Shown here one piece after another: positions 1 to 13,895 of a stretch of 64,000 nucleotides of DNA; the stretch's first letter is position 1, and each line of letters starts with the position of its first letter. The notes below the pieces were generated by a model. The model was given only the letters and a program-made list of their open reading frames with translations, made no database searches and was not told the DNA's origin. The position numbers and the translations under genes were made by a program. Origin of the DNA: Trichoplax adhaerens (taxonomy: Eukaryota; Animalia; Placozoa); assembly GCF_000150275.1 (NCBI RefSeq), contig NW_002060944.1, positions 8,321,360 to 8,385,359 on the forward strand, given 5' to 3'.

Positions 1-1320
1 AATGTAGATGGTAAAAAGGTGAAAGAAACAAAAGTAGGTATTTTTAACTTAAGATATGGTATAATAGTTTCCATAGTTTGATAATATTCAAAATCATATG
101 AGATTTTGACGTGGGAATAACGTTTCTTAATCGTTTTATAATTAGGTTGCGGACTCTCGAAATGGTAGCTTGTTAAATTTTCAAAAAGCATTGCGTAGTG
201 CCGCTAGAAAATTACTGTGGCGATTAGATCCTGAGGAGGTAAGCATTTACATAGACAATATCACACTTTATATATTTGATCAGGCAATAATAATTAATTT
301 CTATTATTTATTGATATAGAAAAAATATGATCACTATCTCTTAATGAACTGTAAAGTTGTGGAATTAAATGAAAATGTCACTTTTATATTGATTCATCCA
401 TCCGCTGATTCTATCAACTGTATAAAAAATGATGCTAATTCTATAACGGCTAATGGGTATTACTTCCTTCCTATAACGCATTTTGAATTAGGCAAGTATA
501 AATAGAGCATGAATATTGCTATCAGACTATCAATATTTTGTGATACTTTAGTAGTGCATTTAGCGATGATATTGCTGTCCGACTGCTGTTTATGTTATTG
601 ATGGAATGTATACTTACGACGGTTATTATACTTTAGCTTGTTTGTACATGTATGAACCGGAAATAGTCCAGTCATATTGTTGGCTTTCACTTATTCTAAA
701 TGTTCTAGAAAATATGGCAAAGAGGGCTGAGAGAGAGGTACTTATGTTAATAATGATGGGATATCCTTCAATTTGATGTTAATAAAGAATCTTATTTAGG
801 ATTATACTTTTCTTTTTTGTTATTATGCCATATTTACTATATTTCAAGTAATAGTAAAGTTTGGAGCTGCTTCTAAACGTAGCATCAAACTTTTATTCTT
901 GATTACTTTAAAACGAATGTGATCTATCAATTATACTGATATTAAAGAATACTTAGAATTTCCTATCAAATCTTATTCACTTATTAGGCAATAACACAAT
1001 CAGAAACTATGTTGGCTAAGAAACAATATCAGGAGATTGTCAACTTAACAGAGGTAATAGTTGATAAGATTGCAGTAGTTTAATGAAGCAAAAAGTATTT
1101 TTTACTCTATCAAATCTAACCATAAATTACCTTTTCGAATTTTTCTAATAAGATACTTGTCTTTTGATATTTTTAACTCGGTATCCGATGAAAATTGTAG
1201 TCTTTAGAAGCAAATTGGAAGGATATGCGATGGATTGGCGAAACCGCTTGCTATATAAGCGGACGGAATAAAGCTAAACTTTTGTACAGTGTTCCGTTGG
1301 CTCGTGTTTTGCAGCCATAG
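1..1320 (+). CDS. ANKFN1: 3' part of ANKFN1/wide awake (banderuola)-like protein; exons <1-33, 146-238, 320-491, 637-737, 988-1053, 1201-1320
   Basis: Spliced frame is open through six exons with AG acceptors and GT/GC donors. It reads ...LPITHFELACLYMYEPEIVQSYCWLSLILNVLENMAKRAEREAITQSETMLAKKQYQEIVNLTESLEANWKDMRWIG..., which resembles my recollection of the ANKFN1 C-terminal region (LP..FEL..YCRLS..RE A.S..E..AK..HQ..W..MRWI). AATAAA at 1523-1528. Confidence 0.75.
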
Positions 1321-4300
1321 TCAATTATTGATGCAATACTAGTTCGAGATTACGCTGATTTAGCTAAATCATTTAGTAATACAAATCTCGAATTGCTATA
1401 GACGCTGAAACTACTTTAAACGCTAATTTGCTGCGAAATTATTTGTAACATTTGCATATACTGACGTACTTTATAGTTTATTTCTATATATGAATGTACA
1501 GCGTTTACATACGTGTTTTCAGAATAAAGTTTTATTTGTTTGAGAGCAGATTCGCTATTTCTCCGGCGTGCTATATGATTTGTCTTGTATAATTATTTGT
1601 CAGAAATACACTGTAATTGACAATTGCAAAGTTTTATCAAGACCTCAAGCAATAATTTTGCGTTATTATTATATTAAACTACAACAAATATTTGTCTAGA
1701 CTATAGTTGTTTTATTTCGAGTGATGGTAACTGTTATGAGTAGAAACATCTATTGGCAAGTACTTTATATCATATATCTATTTTAATGGAGTCAAATAAA
1801 TATGGTACTTCTCATAACTAAATGTCATTATTTGTGAGTCGTTTGTACTGATTGTAAAGTTCGAAATAAGTCAATCAGATCTACAGCTGTCACTGGCTTA
1901 TAGTACAATTAATAATTGGATTTAAAACTGTCATGAATAGATTAATTTTTCAAACATTGTTGATAGCTGCAGGCGTTTGCTTGCCTTAATAAACAAACAA
2001 AAAATTTATAGTTCAATTGTCATAAAGACTATTTGTGTACTTGTATATAGAGAAATTTAGCGGTATTAAGATACATAGCTATAGGATAGCATAAGACGAA
2101 ACTAGATTTAATCACCGAGGACATTGAGGTTGTACCCAATTAACATCTAAGGAATAAACATTCACCGCTATTTTAAATTACCACTCAATACAGTACATTG
2201 AAATTTTATTTACAGTAGCTTCCGAAAGTGAGTGGCTCATTCTAAATATTCAAGATGGTATAACAATGATGGCAATTTATTTGGTATCTATAATGTTACT
2301 TTGTGTGATTGAAAATGTTAATCATCGAAAATTATCAATAGTGAATTATCTATTACGGCTATGATATAAACCTCAAGTGGCATCTTACAGTAGATGATTG
2401 TATCACAATACTTTACTTGTTTGAGCTTTCATTAAAATCATCGCCTATCAACAGGCTGTTTAAATTCCTTATGAAGTCATGCAATGTTGTATAACTGGTA
2501 TTAATAGATTAACAAATGGTGAAATATCAAGATGCATTGTATATAATATCTGCTTATTCAGTGCTATTAATAGTATGTTATTTATCAAACAGTTTATCAC
2601 GTATTGGTATCCTGCATTATAACATAAGACTAACTACATTCGCATAGTATGCCGTAGGAAGTAAATAATCTGTTGTAGCATAATTTAGTGTTTCAACATA
2701 TATTAAATCAAGCCCTTACACGTCCATAATTAATCATGGTCCGATAAACAATCATAATTTTTTAGCTTGTCCCTTCGATATTCGTGATTATCCTTGGATA
2801 CGCTGGGAAAGTGCCCTCAGTTAGTAGATTTGCAAAATTGACTTAATTTCATTAACAATGTCGTCATAGATTGCGTCAAATTTTGTAATAAAATATACAA
2901 CATATGCTTATATGCTACATATGATGTGTACTGATGTCATCAGGCTGGAAACGCCATTTAGGGAAAAATTTTTAGTCAGTATGTTGTCAATATATTTACT
3001 TTAATGTGTAGTTTGTATGAAAGATAGCCGTACTAGTCTATACGAGTGCATAATCCTATATAATGAATTTCTGAATAGGAGAAGCAATGTAAAACCCAAC
3101 TAAATGGATCGTGAATGATCACTTATGTTACTTGATTTTATATAAGGAAAACTTTTTCCAGGATTGACAAGCCTAGTTAAAATACCATTATAATGAAGGT
3201 TTTGTTACTGTTTAAATCAATAAAAATTAAATATCTTGTGTTCAATACTATATTTATGACAGCTATTAGTCAAAACATTACTTCTAATGAATTGTACTAA
3301 CTCATTGTAAACTATCGTAATTGCTTTCTATCAATTCCGATTATCGTCATGATAAGGTAATTCATAATAAAACTTCGGCTTGCATTCATCTATTTTACAA
3401 GACTTTTACATAAAGCTTTATTATCCATGAGCTATTTTTAGATAGTCAATACATCAATAATTATTTTAAAATGGCGTATCATTGTTGATTAAAGATTGAT
3501 TGGATGAACACATGGACAGTAAACACCTAAACTACAACATTCTCTCTTAAGCTTGTAATCAGATTTGTGTTTTGATATAAAAAGGTACAGTAGCATCCTG
3601 CCGTAATTAATTATCGTGTTAATAATATATCATGTGAACTTCCTTTTACCTTTTAACTGGTATGCTAGCGTGCGATAACGCAGTCTTGTTTATCACTGAA
3701 TTGGAGAAATAGTAAACAGTAAGCGTATTAATGTTTTATTGCGTTTACGATTATACTTTCTATGTTACCATAGAAAAAAAATAAACAATCGAAAATATTC
3801 ATTGATCCGTTAATGAGTGACGAAGAAACTGGTTTTACGAGCTTTGAATTTATACTAACCGCTGTGGCTGAACTAGGTTAAGGCCTAGGGTACCATTTTT
3901 ATTTTATTAGGATATCAAACCCACTTTATTAAGAATCGCTGAAACAATGCTCTAATTTATCGTCTATTCGCTACTCCATCAAATCATAAATTTAAAATTA
4001 ATTGCAAAAAATTACTGCAATATATTGGCAGTACCGTACTTGATTTTTTGCTGAATACTATGCATAACTAATTGCGGATAATAGTCAACAATTTAGAAAA
4101 TGATGTACATAAATAAGCTCTTATCGCTTGTACAGGACTACTCTATTCTTAATCGTTGAACTTTTCCTTCCTGTTATTAGCTAAATATACTTTAGTCTTG
4201 GTGTTTAATTACTACTAAGAAGGTCATTCAACCTTCGCTTTAAAATCTTGATCTATGACTTGAGTGAATGATCAATCTGTAGCTCTACTATTAATAAGAA

Positions 4301-4970
4301 TTGGAGCACAGGAATAAAGATATGACTTGTAATATAAGAATTAAAGCCTACATCTGACTTTTAAATATGTGTAACGGTATCCAATTTTAAGTCAATTCAA
4401 TGCAATAATTGTAATAAAAAGCGAGAAAGATATTGGGTCCTAAGAGCTGTCGTTAATTACCTACTGCAACTAATTTTACGGCAAGTTAAGTATCATAATA
4501 TGAATGATCGATCAATCATCCTTTGCTGCCTTTGTTGATCATTCACGACCTTAGTTCATTCTCAACTTGGCGGCATGTTCTTTCTTTCTTGTTGTAGCTA
4601 CTGGATCAAAGTACTGAGTTTTTAAACTTGAACAATAATAAATTTATAATTAATTCATTATGATTATTAGTCATTTCTTTTGTCGAAAATATTATTATTT
4701 TTATTACTAGTGAGGAAAAAACAAGACCAAGTTATTTATTTGTTTTAGTCTCAAATATTGTCTTGTAGATTAAGAAATGAAAGCGAGAAATTTGCCAACC
4801 GTAGCACGCTTAAGAGCTCCTATGCAACTATACCTATATACACTCATATGTTATGTCTTTGTCTATGAAGGGAAGACGCCATTACAGTATAGGGTTTAGT
4901 CGTTGTCGAGTTAGGAATTAATTATAGTTGTACAAGAGGGTTTTATTTCAGTTCGTACAAGACAAGTAAT

Positions 4971-5990
4971 TTATCCATTCATAATCTGTAGGAGCGATTT
5001 GTATTCATTGTTTTGGCTATACTCTACTTTACTGGCGATTGGCAAAGGCAGTAGTTTGAAGAGAGAATTTTGCCTATTCCACAGGTGCAGTGTGTGGTTG
5101 TTGCTGATATGCAAGAGTTGAAATTTTAGCAGCGATCTAATACTGTATACGTACGTAGAATGTTCCAAAGTCGCTGACAGAATATGGTTTGATGAAGGCA
5201 ATTTTATGTAATACTGTACAGTGAAGTTTTACAATCGTTGTTGTTTTCATATTTGGAAAACATTTGATGACAGCGCCATCCTATGCACAGTCGAATCAAG
5301 ATGATGAACACCCGCGGTGTGTTGTCGGTATTCAAAGCAAGATGCACTTTATGTACCTACACCTCTTGAAAAATAATGCCTGCTTTCATGTTCATTTTTG
5401 ATCATCAAAACACTATCCTTCCCCAATTGAATAGTATCATAGACTGTATGGGCTTGATCACTGTACAGCGGGATATTCTGATTGCATAATTTGACTACAT
5501 GTAGTAGCAGCTCTCCTTTCTGACCTTCTACTATAGTATAGTATACTGAGTGTACACGTCCATCCAGATTGACTTCAAAGCCTGATTGTACAAAATGAAT
5601 TTGTTGACACAGTTGGCCCAAGGCTGGAAATAATGCTACAATATTTCATGGATATCAGTCGGATAAATTATCCTATTACAAACCGATAGACAACGCATTC
5701 AGTCAACATGCATCCAAGTGTCCTGGTATTGACTTTGCAGGTCGTTGCCCTTAATATCATAAATTATCAAATTATTTCATTTGTGTTTATAGAAATTATT
5801 TCTATTTATCTCGGTCATTTTAGGAATGATCTTCAATTTTGCAAAGCTATTGTGGCATGCTTGGCTATTATCCTTGACGCCGGTGATAGCTGTTAGGCCA
5901 TCTTGTAGGAATTGTAGCCAGAAATTGAAAATCAATTCCTTGTTCAGGTCTACTCCATGGTATTTAGCGAAGCATCTTGTCTTAGAATTG
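4971..5990 (-). pseudogene. Decayed reading frame(s) of unknown origin
   Basis: ORFs 5349-5621 and 4971-5201 are in the same frame, separated by three stops. Further protein-like open stretches lie at ~5780-5990. No family was recognised with confidence. Confidence 0.3.
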
Positions 5991-6078
5991 GATCAAGGGC
6001 GGGATGAATGGCCTGAGTGACGATGGAGTAAAAACGCAACCGCAGTATGGACGTGGTTGTCCAGTGTACACAGTTACG

Positions 6079-6438
6079 TATGAAGCGCAGTCGTGTCATC
6101 GACTGATACACATCATTCATTTTGAAGCGTTTCTGTACTGTACACAGTATAGAATGAAGCGCAGTGGTGTCATCGACTGATACACATCATTCATTTTGAA
6201 GCGTTTCTGTACCCTGAGTGAGTGTACTGTACAGTAGAGTATGAAGCGCAGTCGTGTCATCGACTGATACACACACATCATTCATTTGGAAGCGTTTCTG
6301 TACTATACACTGAGTGAGTGTACACAGCATAGAATGAAGCGCAGTCGTGGATACACATCATTCATTTTGAAGCGTTTCCGTACACTGAGTGAGTGTACAC
6401 TGCACAGTAGAGTATGAAGCGCAGTCGTGTCATCGACT
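6079..6438. repeat. Minisatellite, ~4.5 copies of a 74-93 bp unit with an internal CAGTCG-N6-CGACTG hairpin
   Basis: Units start TGAAGCGCAGTCGTGTCATCGACTGATACACATCATTCATTTTGAAGCGTTTC at 6081, 6155, 6242, 6335 (internal deletion) and 6415 (partial). Confidence 0.95.
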
Positions 6439-6932
6439 CATGTCACTCATCCATATTCTATTCTTTACTACGGTGATCGTACGACACGAGAGTCGAATGA
6501 CGATCGATTGACTAAAACGTTGAGTACCGTCAGCGTACAGTACTGTACTATGTAAAGTACCGTACTGTACAGTACTGTATGTTGCAAAATTGTGTCATGG
6601 TCATACAGTACAGTACAGTACAGTACAAGCCGTTGTCAATAAATAAATAATAACAATTTATTTATAGACTGTTGATAATAATAATAATAATACAGTAGAG
6701 AATAATCCGCACACAGTTCCATACTGTACACGGATAACTACGATCCAAAATAAAAACAGTCTAATACAAATACACTGTATACCAAGCATACCATCCTACC
6801 CTTCTCCACTCACTTAGTCCGCTCGTCCACTGCAAACTTGTGAATAATGCAATACTATGATGAACGCACTCTTGATAGCGTCGAATTTTTGACGCCCAAA
6901 ATCAGCTGCTCAGGGTTAGCCAAACTGGTTTA

Positions 6933-6963
6933 TGACGTCACACCGATATAATACTATGATTGG
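6933..6963 (+). promoter_or_regulatory. CRE (TGACGTCA) and inverted CCAAT box, probable SLC25A38 promoter
   Basis: TGACGTCA at 6933-6940 and ATTGG at 6959-6963, ~700 bp upstream of the ATG in a locally CpG-richer stretch. Confidence 0.4.
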
Positions 6964-7656
6964 TAGAAAAAGAACATGTGGTGATGCAATTAAAACCATT
7001 GAATGAAACCGGTCCGACGTGTATCATAATCAAACACGCTATTCTTAGATGTTGTTCGCAACGGTAATAACAAATGCAACATCCAGCAATGAGTGAATCA
7101 TACCAACATCATGTGAAGCTGGATGGAGTAGACTAACAAAGACGAAAATAACAACCGTGTTCCACCGCGTGACATCGCATTTTTGTCCACGGGGTTCTCA
7201 ATGCTATACTGTGCCGTTGGAAGACGTTGACGGTACGCGCATTCAACCTCCTATCCACTCATTCATCTTTGGCGCTACTACTTCAATACCCAGTATATAA
7301 TCGCTGGTATCACTGACTGTTAGCCAATTTCATTGACTAGCAAGATTTTTCCAGTTTCTGCCTGTGATTGATATTATTGATCGTCAGCTTCTCGCCACTA
7401 GAAATCCGCGGCTTAACCACTGGATACGAACATATTTTATTGCTCAATGTTGGTAGGATAGTTTACTATGCCATTATCAATAGTTTAGTAGCTAGATCGA
7501 ATCTAGAGATAGTCGTTACAGCCAACCACTGCCAAGTTGGGATAGCTAATTATAGAATTTCAAAAATATCCTTGTCAACATCAAAATAAAGGCAAAGCTT
7601 GGCAAGCAGAAATACCTCGTCAAAATTTTTTTCCCCTTAAAATTGAAAATAACATC

Positions 7657-10600
7657 ATGACTTCCACATCAATGGATAAGGTAAGTTTCCCTACCGGAAA
7701 TATTCTCATTGTAATAGTAATAACTGCTTCAAAATGGTGCATGGCCAGCAACTGCCTGTAATAGAAAATGTTTGATAAGATTGAACGTACAGACCAGTCA
7801 TTAAAACCAGTGACCTTTAGTAAATCAATAGATGTACGATACGCCGGTAGGCATTACTACAGCAACTCTACTGTGTTTTGACGCTCTTCTTATGGACCCA
7901 TACTACAGTACAGCACAGTAGTAGTGTACTCAGTGTACTGTATTCCACCTACTGTACCTTGGCTAAAGGTGAATGTCGCTTTTTGATCTAGGGCGTGCTG
8001 GATAAAAATGAAAATTGTAATACACAGTACAGTATTTACAATTGTGATCATGTTGCATAAAGTTAAGGAAAAAGTAGAGAGAAAATAGCCTTGATCTTCT
8101 ACTATGTTATGATGTCGACACAATAAGAAGGATCTCATCAATTGCTTATTCTATCCTAATTATTAACAGTGAATATCAACCATGCTGTATTCCTGTAGGG
8201 TTATCTTTGGAAGGCATTTGTTGCTGGTTCGTTGAGTGGTTGCTGCTCCACAATTTTATTTCAACCGTTAGATTTGGTCAAAACTAGGCAACAGGCTCCA
8301 CTCGTAGCTTGCAAGTAAGTTTATTTGATCGTAATTGCTATCAATTTTCATTATCAATCTTTCTGATAGTTATTGTAGTAACCTTACTTGATAGCTGCAA
8401 TTTTGAGCGGCAATTCTTGTGCAAACTATATAGCATGTAGTCTAGTAATGTACGCTTCCTAAATATGATTATCAAAATGACGTACTAAAGCTATCACGTC
8501 AGATAAGATCGATAAATAACTGCAATCGAACATTACGGAAATGGTTTTCTACCCTTTTTAACCGACTTGAACCACTACAGTATGTGACTCGATCTGTCTA
8601 TATGTCATATATACGCGTATGTTAGCAGTACTGTACTGTATTAAATAGAACAAGTTAGGTCTCTACACCATGTCCTACAATATATCAGATACTGTAATAA
8701 TACGAGTAGACAGTGTACTAGGTACATTTTTCTGTTGCCCTTACCCTACTCAAGATGAAGAGGCAGTATTCACTTGGCTTACTTCATTGAAAAGAAAACT
8801 ACCTAATTGCATTGCATTTTACGTACTGTAGTTTGCCATATGATAACAAGTAGTCAGCTACTGCAATATCGCAATATCCTATCATCTGTGGACACTAAAT
8901 TTTATTTTATTTTATTGAGCGCCACATGCTCTCGAAATCATATGTGCTATTCTTGTATCTATATTATAAAATTTCCAGGCTTTAGTTAAAATACAGCTAT
9001 TGTAAAGAATTTTATCATGCCACTGAAATGGTTTCCTCTTCTCTTGTCATTTTTACAGCTGATAGAGCTGCAGTATTTCTAATATTGTATGCATTTAAAT
9101 GATTCACCAGATATGAACAATGCATTAAATAAAATTGCCATTTATTTCTATTATTTCTTAGCAATACTGGTGTGCTTCAAGTATTTACCACGGTCGTACG
9201 TAAAGAAAAATTGGCTGGTTTATGGAAAGGAGTAGCACCGGTATGTTAGGATATTTGAAAATTTTATCAATTTTCAATCGGATTTATAACTTTCGGTACT
9301 GTACATTAGTTAATTTGACTCGTAAATTAAGTTTAAATTGCGGATGTCACGGTATTAAATCATATCATTTCTTTTACTGTTATTGCTACTGTAGTCATTA
9401 TCGCGGACCGTCCCTGGTGTTGGTATATATTTTTGCTCTTTATCATTTCTGCGTTCTCATTTCAAGTAAGTAGCGAAGAAACGATAGGAATGTTTATTAA
9501 ATACTTCACGTGATGAACTGTGTTTGGATGGAGCAATGTGTTTATTTTGGATTTGCTGTATTATGTTACTGTAAATAAAAGTTATGTTATACGTCCGTAT
9601 ACCATCAGTATTAGGGCATCTTTATACTTTACGCGATTGGATGTAACAAAAAATTTTAGGCAATCATTAGATTGCAGGTACTCTCACGCTTTGATGCAGC
9701 CAGTGTGTTCTGCAAGACTTCGTCCCGTGATAGTGCAGTTAGCGAGATTCGCAGCAAGTAGCGAGCGTTTCATTACAGTACTATACTACATGAGATAAGC
9801 TTTCTAGTTCGTAAAGAAATTAACGCTTGTTTTTTAAGATATAAAATCTCTATCTCGTCTCATCATTGCAATTATTATTAAAGGAATGACCCTACGCCGA
9901 TGCAAACAGTTTGTCTAGGAGCTACTGCGAGGTCTGTTGCGGTTGTACAAACTTTACCCATAACGGTTGTGAAGACACGATATGAGGTAGGTCGAGTTCA
10001 GGTCATTTTTTAGATGCGCTATTTTTGTGGAAGATGTCTGTAAAAGTACTTGTTAATTTATTCTACTCAGTGTGCAGTGCTGTACTACATATAGACGTAC
10101 GTAGTAGTCCATGTGTAGCATAATTACGATGATGAAAATTCCGTTTAGAGTGCAGTAGTGATAAGAAGCATACACTGTAGTACAGTTGTTCAACTGGAGG
10201 CATCTATCTTGTAACTTGAATTATGCTGGAAAAGTCCAACTGTACAAAGTATACATTAGTCAGATAATTACTGAACTTTGGACAATGTACGGGAAAACAT
10301 ACGCACCCTTTTGTAAATGGTATCGTACAGCATCATTCCCTTGTTATTACGCTTCCGCTATTACGAAATGTTACCAATATACGAACAATGCCAAGTTCCG
10401 ACTCGCTTTTACGAATTTAATTGAAAAATTGTTGATAATAAAAGATATAAAATTTTATCTTGCCTTATAATGTCAAGTTTTTGTTCGAACTCGTTAAATG
10501 TTACTAGTACCCACAAAATGTACTTGATGCTGTTTATTTCATACAGATTTTATGCAATCAAATACAATAAACTTTGTAATTTATGAACGGTTAATTGTCA

Positions 10601-11392
10601 AACGTAGCTTGATTTATTATTGCATATTGTGGTCAATTTTATAAAGTAGGCCATTTGAGATTTTAAAATTTGATCTTTTTTTCTCAGTCTGGTCGGTACG
10701 GCTACAAGAGCGTTGCTGACGCCCTTAAAGGTATTTGGCGTACTGAAGGAGCAAGAGGGTTATACAGTGGACTAACAGCAACTATAGTTCGTGATGCGCC
10801 ATTTTCTGGTCTTTACTTGATGTTTTTTACTCAGAGTAAGAAGTATTTGAATGGAGGTAAGTCACGTGCAATTTTTTTGATCATATATCTCTTGGCAACA
10901 TTCTGCAACCAATATTTCAAAAGTCTATGCTCTGAATGCTTAATTTATTCCTAAAGTAATATCATCTATGTGCTTCTCTTACATGTCTAGTTACAAATGA
11001 TGTTCCTCAAGCTGGTATAACTTTTGCTTCCGGTGTTGTTGGTGGCATACTTGCTTCTGTGGTAACTCATCCACCCGATGTAGTCAAAACAAAATTACAA
11101 ATTGATCCCAAGTCTTATAGAAATACAATATCGACTATCGCCGCCATCTATAAAAGTAATGGTATCTCTGGTTTCTTTAGAGGTTTAGCATTACGTTTAA
11201 CTAGGCGAACTTTAATGGCTGCCATGGCTTGGACAGTTTATGAACAGGTAAAGAGATATTTCTAGAAAACAAAACGAATAGTATTTACTTCTTCATTAAG
11301 TGCCTTAGTTACATGATTTGGAAGCTGTTAGATAATACTAGTATTTTGTTGATAAATTCTAGATATTCCGTGTGGTCAACTTGAAGAAATAA
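7657..11392 (+). CDS. SLC25A38: Mitochondrial glycine carrier SLC25A38; exons 7657-7680, 8199-8314, 9162-9240, 9395-9465, 9884-9986, 10688-10856, 10991-11247, 11363-11392
   Basis: Three carrier signatures ([31 protein letters not shown]), plus subfamily motifs [22 protein letters not shown] and [14 protein letters not shown]. All introns GT-AG and in phase. Confidence 0.93.
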
Positions 11393-13895
11393 CTCTTTAA
11401 GCTTGGTAAATACTGAATTTACCATTGAAGTTCCATTGACATGAACGTACCCCTGTAATGTCATCATGTTTGCATGGACTTGTTTCACGACGTTATGCTC
11501 TAAAAAAAGTTAATGTTGAGATGTTCGATTTCGACATGTGTTATTAATATTATATGTCTATCAAATGGAATACAATTAGATAATGATGCCATTAAGGCTT
11601 TCTTTTAATTATATTCAGATTGATATTTGGTAATATATGTGTATCTAGGATATTTACGTTATCTCACCTATTCAGAGCATCAACTATGATATATAACCAT
11701 TTCTGGAATAATCTGGAATGTACAGTACACTTGCTGAACCGTACTTCCTGAATTTATGTAATACAATCAGCTCTATATTGTATTCGCTTAGCTAATGTAA
11801 TTATTTAATATGAAATATACTTATGTACATTCTAGTACTGTTTTCAATTATCCAATTGCCAAATAGTGTGTTATTATTTTTATGTGATTAAGCCGCTTAT
11901 TCCGTATTTGATTATTCTTTGTCGTAAAATATCAATTCATCAACAGTATTGGTACCGTACGTCTTTTCGTCATCATATTTCACTTTATAGATTGATTTTA
12001 ACATTGCTTTATAGCGATCTACACGTCTACATATACTCTTGTACAGCATTGTATTACCATTCTGAAGTCTGCAGCTATCTGTCCTATTAGATGATATTTC
12101 TAGTTGATGTACTATTTTTTCTTGTCTTTGCGTTTTGTATAAACATGTATAGGTATACGCGTATGTATAGTAGATACTTTCGGGTTGGAAAGGAACCCGA
12201 TTAACAAAAGTATGTAAATTTGCAGCTACTCACGAATTTCTGTATGATATTGAACTAGGTGTTTATCTTGTAAGTTATTACTATGAAAAATGCTGAATAT
12301 TACTGGGCTATTTATTGTCGCCTGAGATACTTGACGACTTTATTGCTTTAGATTTTAGATGTAATTTCGGAGATATATATGTTTGATACATTCCTCTCAT
12401 ATTTATTTACTAAATAGATAAATGTATTCTGTATGTATATGTTATGCATCGTTTCTATGTAAATCAATGCTAGATGAGGAGGAACAGAAACACTGCTTAA
12501 CTTGTATTTAAATGAAATTTACATCGACGAATCGAAGCTAATCGGATGAAAGAATTTAAAGAACGTCTAATGCAGTTCTGTATTGTACTGCTAATATTTT
12601 ACTTTGTTTTTAATTGATTGTCAAATACAATTTTAATAAAATACTCTATTGATTCAAAAATGCGATCTTTTTAGTATTTACCCAGTTCAATGGATGCTGT
12701 AGTGTATTACGAATAGATATCAATAGGCATTAGATGCGTTATTAATGCGCATTTTTTACGGCTGCTGATGTCTAAGAGGCTAGGTTCTGCAATTCTTTCG
12801 CGAATTTGGTGAGATACAGAAGAAGGATAATGCGTATCAGGCGGAAGTAGAGTCAGTCCTACGATAGACTCCATGATATCGAGTGGTGCATTCTTCGCAG
12901 TTTGCGCATAGACTTTTAGTTCATAGACCAGTAGAACTTTTAATCAGCGCCGTTATATCCGGTTAATGGTCAATTGGTCATGCTATATCTAGCTAATCAT
13001 AATTCTACGATATGTTTGCAGTGGATATTGGTTGCTACGAGCACATATGACCAATTCGGTCAGTATATAGTCTCGTATAGTGGGTAATTGATGACTACGC
13101 GTACAGTATCATAGTATGAACTATGAACTGAAGCAGACTAATCGAAGTTGAACTACTGCGCTGTGCTTTTAGAGTACTACACTTTCATATCCTGTTTCAG
13201 AGTTACGTTTAACAGGTTAGGCTTTAGTGACGATCATCGAATCCGCTAAAGTATTACAACAACAGTGGATTTATGCAAGGATAAACGAGCAGGGCATTTT
13301 ATTGGTGATTATAAGAAGTTAGGAACTAGCCTGGATGAGCTTTCATCTCCTGTATAATCATTAATATGGCCATTTATGCCATGTTTGAGCGTCTTATAAT
13401 GAATGATAATCTATAACCGCAACGATGGATCCTCGCTCGCTATACAGAACGTATCAGTTTGGTAATTGAATCTGTTTTGTTAACTAAAATTAAAGTGCAC
13501 AGTAGCGAGTATCACAGAGTCATTCAATGGGAGTCTGATGTAGTTTACTTACAGTATGTACTTACTATGCAGTCCTGGACAGTGTAAAGTAGTAGAAAAT
13601 TAGAAATATGAGAAAAGTGGAGGCGTGTCCAGAATTTTAGGCGTGCCCTAGTGTTGTAAATGCAAATAAAGTCGGCTAACTTTAATGAATAATAAGCTGG
13701 CAGTACAGTACTGTAGTGTACAAGTGTACATGTATACTGTACAGTATACTGCACAACACAGGCAGCTTTCTAGCACAATGACTGTATTTGTACAATATAC
13801 CTTATGTAGTGGCGTTAAGTGCTATACTGTACTTTACGTATCATCTTGAAGTTCATCCTGATACTTTAGGCAGCCTTTAGCGCTATTATAATATA

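Noticed and set aside
2230-2960. Minus-strand decayed ORF with a faint Mab-21/cGAS-like look (LLPTAYYANVV...TLHDFIRNLNSLL)
   Set aside because: More than ten stops in the best frame, and the resemblance is too weak to support without an HMM search.
6079-6438. CRISPR array (palindromic repeat plus variable spacers)
   Set aside because: Spacers are related to each other, repeats are too long and variable, there are no cas genes, and the context is eukaryotic.
6855-6900. snRNA/snoRNA (ATGATGA box C-like; AATTTTTG Sm-like)
   Set aside because: No matching box D at a suitable distance, the Sm-like motif lies in a hairpin loop, and there is no U-snRNA similarity.
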